From Paramecium tetraurelia (Eukaryota): a stretch of 64,000 nt of DNA. The notes beneath the pieces were generated by a model. That model saw only the letters and a program-made list of their open reading frames with translations, was not told where the DNA came from and did not search any database. A program made the translations under genes and the position numbers. The DNA lies in assembly GCA_000165425.1 (NCBI GenBank), contig CT868652.1:248001-312000 (forward strand), given 5' to 3'. How positions within the stretch are numbered: the stretch's first letter is position 1; each line of letters opens with the position of its first letter. This document shows, one piece after another, positions 53,858-64,000 of the stretch.

Positions 53858-56800
53858 TCACCATTCATTTTCTGTCAATTAATTAGAATTTTTAGAAATT
53901 GTACTTCTATTGTTGTCTATCTCACAATCTGAATAGTCGTTAACATCTTCTACTTAAAATAATTCATTTTGATCTGTTTCAATCTCTGTAGTCATATCTA
54001 GCGATGTGTTATACATCCTCGCTGTGAACAATAGCTCTCCCAATTTCACTTTGTCATTATTTTTATCCTTAAAATATAGCTTAATCCATTCATTTTCATA
54101 TTTGTCCGTTTCAGTTTCTATGAATAGTGGATTAAGAAATACTGTATAATCCAAGGTTTTATCCTTTAATAGCACGCCAAAAATTTAATCAAGAGCCTCC
54201 TTTAACCGTTACTCTATTTATACAGTATCCCAACTCTCTGCATCAATTTACCTTCCACAAACACATTTTGGATTGCTATCTGATTTAAATAGAATTTTGT
54301 GCTGTAAATCTTGCTGGTAATCGCCAGTTAGACATAAATTGCTTTAAATCTCAATAGGGTTTCTGTAAATTAATTGAAAACAATTTTAACCTTTTATACC
54401 GTACTTTATTTCTTGTTAATCTATTAAATTTTTATCCATTTTTTCTCTCATACTTAAGTTTTAACTTACCCTCTTATCTATTAATTGACCATTCTGTATG
54501 GTGATATCAGATTAGTAAATTTCAAAAGGATTTATTTCTAACTCTCGTAGTGTCTTTGCATTTAATGCTTCAATAATTTTGTTGGATTATTTTTGAATTT
54601 TGGAAAGTGAAGGATACAATAATAATTCTTTATTATTTTCAATTTTACAAACCTAGAAAGAATGTATTTTAGGAAATAGTATTAATTCTACAGATACCTA
54701 ATTTTGATATTTTTAATTTATTAATTCTCTCAACCTCCACAATAGTAGAATTATAAAACATTCATCAGCATCAATATGGCTTTTATCTTCATAATCTGAT
54801 TCTGAATAATTAACTGTACTTTAGTAAGTCTGCAAATCGCAAAATAGTGGGTTAAGTATCAATATATCTTTATTTAAGGTTTTGAAGGGCATAATTATCT
54901 TCTCTTTTGTTACTTGGTCAATTTTGAACTCTAATTTAAAGCAATTCGGAATTATTATGTTCGTCTCTCTTTATACCTTTTATATTTGCCGTTCACATAG
55001 AATCGGGAGAGCAATATGTAAAATTTTAATGATTTCCATAATTGCCTCATTATCATTTAAATATCCATTAATTAAGTAGATGTAAGCGCTATTCCTATCT
55101 TTATTGCTAATTACCTACTCATTGATTTTAATTTCAAATGAGTAAGTTCCCTTTAAATGAGGCAGAATGTTATTGACTGCTAATAGATTTTAATTTTTTA
55201 TAATTTAATTCATAGATTAATTTTCAAAGTATTTAATTCTTATTGTTGGTTGCTTTTTAGTTGAAATTCATAGTATTTGTTTGCATTACAAAAGGGGGAG
55301 GCATTATCTACGAATTTACATACGGTTTGAATAGATTTGGGTTTTGTATTAATGATTATATATCTATTTTTAGTTTGAATTATTACTTTAAGTTATTTAA
55401 AGCGCGCCTTATAGTTGTTGAGGAAGTACTTTATCTTGCTATTAATTAAACTCAACAGTATTTTTAGCAAATTCCGACTATTACTTCAATTGATTTGAAT
55501 CTTGGTTTTAAATTTCTAATTTTATTTTTTGATAATTATATACACTCTTCTTTTTCTGTGTAATTAACTATTCTATATCTTAAATCTAAGAATTAACCAA
55601 TGTATTATTATTTTAGAGTAGTTATTAAATGCTTTTGAAGCTCTCTAATGATTTTTCTAGGTTTGAAATCTCATTATCTAAGTCTCCGATTAATTTATCC
55701 AAAAACAATATTTCTTTGCTAATATCTACTACTTTACTTTTTGCATTTTCCTCCTCTTTAATTTAATTATGCTTTTTTAATATTGTGCTGTTTTCTTATT
55801 CCAAAACCTAAATTCGTATTTTTAGATTTTTAATCTCGTTTTCATAAATCTATTTTTATTAATTAAATTACGAGGCTTGCTAATTAGATATTTAGGATGC
55901 TTGATAATTTAAATGATTTTAACATTGTTAAGCATACTATTAATATTATTATTAAAATGATTCTTCATTTTTTTTCTTTTCTTATTCCAATTTATTCTTT
56001 TCGAACTCGAATTTATTAACTTTTATTGTTAATTATTCAATATCTTCTAAATGTTATTTAACCTCATTTTCTTTCTTCTTTAGATTATGTTCTAATTATT
56101 AAATTATTTATTCCTTTTCTCTAAGAATCTTATTGAATTCATTTTATTTCTAATTCAATTATAATTCAAATTCAATCTTGCTTATATCTGAATCAAGATT
56201 TAATTGCTGCTTACTCGCCTTCAATTCTATTGAACCACCAGAATTCTCCTCTTTAACTATGCACAATTGTACTATTTTTATAGCTTATGCTATTTTTATC
56301 CTATTAAATTAATTGGGATGCAACATTTATTTAAGTAAATCCCTCCATTCTTAACATACTTTCAGCCTATCTATCAGTTAATAAACATGGTTTTAATTTG
56401 TTTTATGATTTTTGATTTATTAGATTGATAAATTCATATTTATACATGGGAATAGTTCTTCCCCCTTAATAATTTCATAAAATACACATCCAAGTGACCA
56501 TATATCTAATGATTATGTATATTGACCTTGATCTTCAAACAATTCAGGAGCTTAAAATATACGAGTACCTGGTTTCGAAGTCATCAACCTTTCATTTATA
56601 CTGATTAATCCAAAGTCTATGAGTTTGAATTCTTCATTTACTAAAATAAAGTTTTCTCCCTTTACATCTCTATGTATCAATCCCAACATATGGATGAAGT
56701 TAATTGCATTTATTAGCTAAAATCACTACATTAAATACTTATAAGCATATTTTAAATTTCTCAACATTAGTCATCCTATTGTGATTAAATGATGTATATT

Positions 56801-57152
56801 TAAAAAGATTAACACTCCCTACTTCCATCACCTAAACACTATAATATTAGATTTCGAAAATTTCGTATATTCTAATAATGTTAGAACATAATTTGTTTTT
56901 AGATCCCTATTTATCGTTTTCATTCTAAGCTTCTATCAAATTTTGGATGAACTCTCGTTCTGTTTCTTTAAGTGGTTTCGAGAATTTTAAAGCAACTTCA
57001 AAATCCTTATTCCAATTTTACGGTTTAGCTAAAAATACTTATCCTTCTGCTCCTTTTCCCAATTAATGCTTTAATTAAAAGCTTCTATTTTTAAATTATT
57101 GTGTTGGAGCATCTATTACAACCCCTGACTACAAATTCATCAAATCCATCAT
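53858..57152 (-). CDS. Ser/Thr protein kinase + coiled coil + unrecognised globular C-terminal domain
   Basis: LGKGAEGQVF, VALK, HRDVKGEN, DFG, GTRIFQAPE, DIWSLG; long Q/E coiled coil; several hundred residues of complex C-terminal sequence. Confidence 0.88.
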
Positions 57153-57531
57153 TTTTCTAATAGAATTAAGTAAATTGATATTAATTATAATAATTTATAT
57201 ATTAGAGATGGTTAGACTACTATTCATTCAAAAGCTAAGTTTACATCTTCTTTAATTATTGTAATATATCAAAATGATCTTAACTTATGCTAAATATCTA
57301 TATTATATTTTATAATATGGTTGAGATTAAATGATAGTTAAACATTAGAGTCATTTGAACATGATTAAGTTGTTATTAAGTCATATTTTCTATTAAAATT
57401 CTTTTAAATATTTTATATTAACAATGTAATTAAACGATTATAAAATCAACCGTAAACTTTTAAAGTTTACTAACAATATAAATTTCATTGGAAAAAACAA
57501 ATACCTTTCAAGAGAATCAAGTGCTAATAAG

Positions 57532-59909
57532 ATGGAGTAATCATTATATAAGTCTCTTTCATCGAGTTAATTATTAAGCAAATCCCATAGAGACAACAAT
57601 CATGCGAAAAGTAAAATACAAGAAATATCTACAATTGGCAGTATTTACAGCAAGGATTCAGCATATTTTAACAGTTTATCAAATGAACAATTAAATATTC
57701 CTCCTATCCGATCCTTAAACAAAGATGATGGTGATAAATTAATTGCAAATCTTAACAAACAAATAAAGCAACAAAATCTTTAAATATCTAAATTAAAATA
57801 GCAAATCATTACTTAATCTTCAGATCTTGATAATATGTCTAAATTAAATGAATAATTTTTAGAAAAGCAATAATCTTATGAAGAAATTACATAAAGTTAT
57901 CATTCCTCTAATTAAAAAAGTATTAAAACTTACTAAATTTAGTATTATAACTGGCGTAAATTAGAGAGATATAGCCTTGCACTAATAATTATTTAGAGAT
58001 CTTAACACAAATATATACAGATGATTATTAACTCTAAGTTGCAACATAATGGAGAAATCAAAAATTAAAGCTCCATTTTCTTAGAAAATGGTTAACAGCT
58101 ACAAAGGCTTTAAAATAAATTGACATCTTAGCTAAAAAATTAGAAAAAAATAAGTTGTATTAATATTATTATCATTGGAAACGATTTTTAATATTGAAAT
58201 CAAGTCTTTTTGAATTTAATTAGGTTAAAGAATTAAGGGCTAAGATTTTGCATTGGAAAAAATGGAAAAACTATATAGTAACAAAAAAGCAGTACAATAA
58301 AAATTGTATTTAAGCAATTTAGTTCTATTCTTAAAAAATGCTATTTAAATATTTCCAAAGACTAAAATAACTTTATTTACAAAATAATTATTAATTAACA
58401 GTTTTCTAAAATTTATAATAAACAGCTGGATAACAATTAGGTCTATTGAGATAATTTTAAGTATTAAGTTAAACAATATATTTAGTGCTTTAGTAAGTGG
58501 AAATCGCAAATATTAAATAGGAAATTAATTTAAAATAAATTAACAGTGTATTAAAAATAAAAATAAGTGATTTCAAGACAAAAAGTTTTTAGATTTCTTT
58601 AAATAAATTTGAAATATTATTAACAAAGGAATTAAATCATTATACAAGATAGAAATAAAAATAAATTACAAAAAATATTTGTCTAAATTAAAGAATATTG
58701 TCATGGTATCAGATTCAAATAAGATTAAATTAAATTAAATATTCCTTACTTTATGAAATATCATTTTTGGAAACGATGGTCTCATTAATTTAATACTCAA
58801 GTATAATTAATGATGACAGGGGAGAAGATTAAAGAGAAGAGATATTTCAAATTGATCTAAAAATGTATTATATCCATATTTATTTCAGTATTCAATGTAT
58901 TAAAAAGAAAAGCAGCTTACAAAAAATTCTAAAAATAGAATTCTGATTTAATTATTTCATAATACAATAGAAGGATTATCAATTAATCTTTAAAGATTTG
59001 GCTGAGTAAATTGTTAAAATAAAAAATTCTCCTTGATTAAGAATAAAGTTGCTGCATTTCTTAATTGATAGTCATAGATCAATAGCAATCAGTTGAGGTT
59101 ATTGAACTAAGTCAAAATTATCAAAATAAACTAGAATAGCTAAAATTATACGAAGAAGAAGTCAATAACTATTAAATGATACAAGCAAATTAAAATTAAA
59201 TTTAAAAGGAATTACAAATGCAATAGTATATATTTATCTTATATTTGTGATCAAATGCAATAAGAGTTGATATCATATAAATAATTGTTAAACAATTATC
59301 CAATTGATTAGGATGAGTTGCAAATATTGAAAGAACAGAATAAATTAATTCAAGAATAAATACAACAATACAAATAATAAAATTGTTGTAAAATATAATG
59401 TTATTTATAGATCCTATTGAAATTTGTAACTAAGAATAAGAAAAATTGAAATTATAATTAGAGAACAATAACTCTATTTTTAATGATCAACAAGAGAAAT
59501 AAATTGCCTTATAAAAAGAATATTCTTAAATAGTAATTGACTATGAGAGGAGAATTCGAAATTTAGAAAACCATTACTTAGAATAGAGTAAATAATAGAG
59601 AATATAAATATAAAATAGTAGACTAATTATTTTTTATATGAATTATAGTTTTGAAAGGGAATCCTGATTTTGAGATCTAATTAAGCAGACGTTAGAGTTC
59701 ATAACCCGAATAAATATCAGAAAGCAAACTATCAAATATCAATAGATAAAATTTTAATACTCAAAATTCTCCCAATAAAGATATTTTAAATTAATAGTAT
59801 TAATAGATTTAAATATAGAATAATTTAAGATGATACTACAATTAATTTGAGGGAGGATATTAAAAAAAGATTAGCTTATTTAAAATAATAGATGGATTAA
59901 CACAACTGA
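57532..59909 (+). CDS. Coiled-coil protein with Trp-containing helical repeats (Sfi1-like?)
   Basis: Q/K/L-rich frame with YYHWKRF, LHWKKWK, FSKWKSQ, FWKRWS and LKIWL motifs. Confidence 0.6.
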
Positions 59910-59952
59910 TAATACTTACTTAAAAAAGGATATACATAATTATATCTATATA

Positions 59953-61929
59953 TCATTCTTCAAATAGTTCTGGATGCTATTCTCTAACTTTTCTTGTAAT
60001 TTCCTAATCTAATTCTTCAATTGATTAGAGAGGTTATGTTTGCTATTCAATTTGAATTTGAACATTTTCATTTTATTCATCATCTTCATTGATAGTAGGC
60101 AAGGAGAAATCTTAAGTGAATTTTTCTATAAATTGTTGGACTTATTAATATTCATTTTCTAGATTTTAAACCCTCTGTTACTATTCATGCAATAGTTCTA
60201 ATTCGTTTGATAGATCTTGTTCCTTACTCTAATTTAACAATTCATAATTCTATTTAATTGCTACGTCTAACTATTTTTTATATTCAGAGAACTCATTTAA
60301 AATTTAATTACACTATATAGTAGTTAATTCTTAGGCACAATTTTTACTATTTTTGGATAGATCATCGAATTGCAACATTTTTTATTTCAAGAATTCACTG
60401 GGAGTGTATTATGTTTTCTTTTTGATTTATTCAATTAATTGTTACATCTTAGGTCTCTCCTCTAGGCTATTACCTTTTGAAACCAATTACAAGATTTCTG
60501 CATTGACTTCTTGTGTTTTAATTTCAAGGGATTCTATCTATCAGCCTCTTTTCTTAAGATAGGATCTTTTGGTAACATGCAATTCTTATCAAATTCTAGA
60601 TCAGCATCTTCTACGAACTTAGGATTTAGTTTTTTGATCTTTTTATGTACTTCAATCAACTTTTCTTTGGGAATTAAAAATGGATTTGAATAGTTTTTAA
60701 TTGAACTTTGTTTAAGATTATCTATATCTTATAATAATGATTCCAATCTTAATTGATATTCATTAGGTAATTTAAATTTGGCTATGTTTTCCAAGGTTTC
60801 TTATTGTTTTTCAATTTTCTTTTCAATTTATTCAATATATTATTCCTAATTATCAATTTTCTAAAATTTAATTGGAGATTCTGATTCTGATTGGTTGTTA
60901 TCCAGTGATTTTAACCTTAAATTATTCTCTGTTACGAAGTAATTCTGTGATAAACATGGATCTCTGTTTAAGTGATAATTATGAGAACTGTGAATCATTA
61001 TCTAATGGTTTATCCAATAATTGTTAAAATCTTTGAATGTCAATTTTAGTTTTTTATTCCAATTCAATTTTTTCAACTTAATCCAACTCTACTGCTAACA
61101 TTTGAATTTGATTCTCCAATTCTTATTCTTCATTAAGTTGTTACTTAGTTTGAGTTCTAGATGTCTATCTACTATCAATATAGCCTTCCAATTCTTTTAT
61201 TTACTTTTATCGAGATTATTCCCTCGATTCTACCAATTGTTCAACTTGATTCATAATATCCTTGTATTCTTTACTTTGTAATTTATATTTGGGTATTTCA
61301 TTTTTAACCCATAGATCTGAGTCAAATTTAATTTCCTATCTTTTTTTCTTGACATATTTAGAACTAGAATCAGGTAGATCTTATGAAGATTTGGAGATAC
61401 TAAATGTTTCGGATTTGACACTCTTATTATCAATATCATTAGAGACTTCTTCTGATTTTTGAGTTGAAACGTAACTATGATTTTCTTGTTGTCTTTTCTC
61501 TGATTAAGGCCTGGGAATGGAATCGTTGACGGTTCTAATTTTAGATTATTCATAAAATTAATTAAAAGGTTTCTTGGTTGAATTAGCATTAGAGGTGAAA
61601 CTGTTAGAAGTTTAAGATTGCTTAATTGAAAATGGTTTCGATTGTTATTGTTATTATTATTGTTATTATTACTTTTGGTCTTCAATTTAGGGTGCTGGAA
61701 CTTTATTAGCTGCATCATCATAGACTTTCTTGGTTTCTGGGTTCTACATTAATTGTTTCATGTAATCAGAAAACATTTTCTGAGGTTTTGGTGGTTATTT
61801 GGCTGATTGGACAGTTTACATTTGACTATTAACTTAAGTCAAAGATTGGGTTTGTATTTGAGGTAGTTAATTTGAGACTGTAAAACTGAGTGTTTACATG
61901 GGGATTGCCTTTCCTTTTTTTTAATTCAT
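59953..61929 (-). CDS. Hypothetical Q/N/K-rich low-complexity protein
   Basis: Long code-6 frame including a Q10 run at ~61642-61671; ends ELFEE-TGA at 59953-59955. Confidence 0.65.
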
Positions 61930-61957
61930 TAATATTAATATATTTAATAATAAATCA

Positions 61958-62741
61958 TCATTCTAATTTTAAGGGCATTTTGACTGACTTTCTTCCAGCA
62001 CTCATTTACAAAAATGACTCCCCCAATTTGGATCTCTTTATTTTATTACACAAATTAAAAGCATATAAGTTATATCCCGTGAATGCAGCTGGGAAAAACA
62101 TACATATTGAAACACTTATTTGTAATTATGATGCATTGATTATAAACATCCCAACGAACATCAAAAACATAAATAACTACACAAACCAAAATATTCTACT
62201 ATGAATCCTTTGTACTTCTCCTTTCTCTTAAGTTGAAGTTTCAAAAACCCAACTCTCATTTCCGAAATCGTTTATTTCAACCCACCAACGTAGTCCAACT
62301 AATTTTCCTAATTTATCTATTTACATACCTTCCACTAATGTTTTTGATTATCCAAAAATCTACTGCTCCCAATATAACTATGGTTTCGTATAGCTTCATT
62401 GTTTGGTAGTAAGGAGTTAAGAAATAGAGAATGAGAATGATGAATTTTATGATGAAGCACAACACACATTAGACTGGATTTGGAGATTCAGAAATATCCA
62501 TATTTGCACTTTTGAAAAGTTCATAATTTGCAAATGCCAAAGGATTCAAATTCACACTCAATCTCAGCCAATTCTACTCCTTCTCATTCCAATATTGTCT
62601 AGTATTATCAATACCACCTCCAATCCCATTAGGTTATTGATTGATTATAGATTCAGCTATACGAGGACCTTGGAATGCTCCAAGTTGAGGTGGTCTAATC
62701 AAATTTAAAGGAGGCTATTCATCTCTAATTTAATTGATCAT
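61958..62741 (-). CDS. TVP23: Golgi membrane protein TVP23/FAM18 (DUF846)
   Basis: [44 protein letters not shown], FWFV and NMFFPAAF..Y. Confidence 0.88.
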
Positions 62742-62930
62742 AACTGTTAATTAATAATATTATATGTATTTTTATAAGGAAAATATGAGTAATCTAATTT
62801 GGGTTTCTTAAATTATCTGAGTTTCAAGGGTTAGCATTCAACGATTCGTTTAAATTTCCATATATAAGCAAAAAACCATCGATATATGTTTTAATAAATA
62901 ATTTAAAAAATTATATAAAATTCATCAACA

Positions 62931-63753
62931 ATGGATTAATAGGCGCAAGAAACATAAAGTTAATATGAGAGCATAATCAATGAAGTAATAGGAAAGCTAA
63001 AGAAAAATTCAGATAAAGGACAATTGTAAATGAGTGAATCTGAGATTCAAACTTTTAAAGATGTATTACAATGAAATACTTTCTTAGCTTTGGTAAAGGT
63101 GTTTAAAAGCAATTTAAGATGGCAGCGATAATAGATTCAAATAACATATCTAACCTCAAATAAAGCAAAATATAGACAACCCTATCGAATATGACCCTCC
63201 TATAGTAAAGAAAATTAAAACTAATGTAGATACTTAAATCATAAAAAAAGTTTATATTTTAACCATCCTTTTATCTTAGGAAGAAGATGACGATTAAAAC
63301 AGAGCTGATGTTGCCTTCAGTGAGGACTCAGGAGACGAAACTAGTTCAAAAGAACCCAAAGTTGATGACCAGAAAGTATCCATTTCTATTAATAAATATA
63401 GAAATATTTGGATTATCAGAACACAAAAAATGAGAGTCAAAGAGAGAAAACCTTATTCGATAAAATCAGAGAACTAGAACAGTTGAAGAACCTTGTAAAA
63501 GTGGAAGAGGAAGATGAAAATGAATCTGAAGAACCCAGAGTATTTGATACATAAGTCTATGCTTAAAAAATTAACACTGAAAATTAAGTTAGTCGTATAA
63601 GAGTATTCTTACATCCTTATATAGCCAAATAAATCTTAAAAAATGAGTTTGGAGAATGTTCTCATCAAGGAAAAAAACAATAAGGAAGCACTCTATCCTT
63701 AAGCTCAACTATTATTTAATTTCAAAACTAGTAAGAAAAAAAACTCTTCATGA
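62931..63753 (+). CDS. Hypothetical acidic/charged protein
   Basis: Code-6 frame with several short introns; EEDDDQNRADVAFSEDSGDE; ends in TGA at 63751-63753. Confidence 0.55.
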
Positions 63754-63802
63754 GAATCGTGTTTAAATTTTTGTAATTTCTTTAATTAGACAATCCTTTA
63801 TA

Positions 63803-64000
63803 TCATTAAAACTGCTTTTATTCACATTCCTTTTTCCATCCTTTACAAATACTCATTACGCCTTCCATTCCTTCCTCACCTTTCAATCCAGTTTCTAATT
63901 TTTGCAAAAATTAAGTTAATTTGTCATTCTCATCCTTATTTAATTCTTTCTTATATTCATACAAATGATATTCCTTTCCATCCACTTTCGCTGAGCTTAT
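63803..64000 (-). CDS. 3' end of an unidentified gene (truncated by window edge)
   Basis: Open frame ..VDGKEYHLYEYKKEL..GVMSICKGWKKECEQKQFQ-TGA. Confidence 0.55.

Noticed and set aside
61640..61672. Poly-Asn tract shown in the ORF track
   Set aside because: Wrong frame; in the continuous gene frame it is a TAA/CAA Gln run
2555..62204. Most entries of the supplied ORF track as independent small genes
   Set aside because: Computed with TAA/TAG as stops; they are fragments, off-frame reads or antisense shadows of the code-6 genes (e.g. 8553-8879, 34710-34961, 61251-61721)
1..64000. Transposons, retained IESs, telomeric repeats, CRISPR or prokaryotic defence systems
   Set aside because: No transposase/RT motifs, terminal repeats, C4A2/C3A3 tracts or spacer arrays seen; the short interruptions are GT..AG introns rather than TA-bounded IESs

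Overview
This is very AT-rich, gene-dense eukaryotic DNA that reads as ciliate macronuclear sequence, most likely Paramecium. Conserved proteins are continuous only if TAA/TAG encode Gln and TGA is the sole stop (genetic code 6). Genes carry 20-35 nt GT..AG introns, and two trichocyst matrix protein genes are present. The supplied standard-code ORF track is therefore mostly fragments or antisense noise. Re-reading by eye gives about 33 tightly packed genes. Enzymes and housekeeping: AsnRS, a CSN3-like PCI protein, a bacterial-type glucokinase, a TTL-family ligase, Vps72/YL1, a histidine acid phosphatase, UNC119 and TVP23. Signalling: a CK1-like pseudokinase, calcineurin A (with a frameshift), three members of one Ser/Thr kinase family (one a pseudokinase-kinase tandem), a cNMP-binding K+ channel, a PAS-domain membrane protein and a cAMP-receptor-like 7TM protein. 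Others: a tandem pair of LRR proteins, an importin-alpha-like protein, a MORN protein and several coiled-coil or Q-rich hypotheticals. I recognised no RNA genes, transposons, telomeric repeats or CRISPR arrays. All family calls are by-eye motif recognition without database searches; CDS spans include introns and some start codons are approximate.
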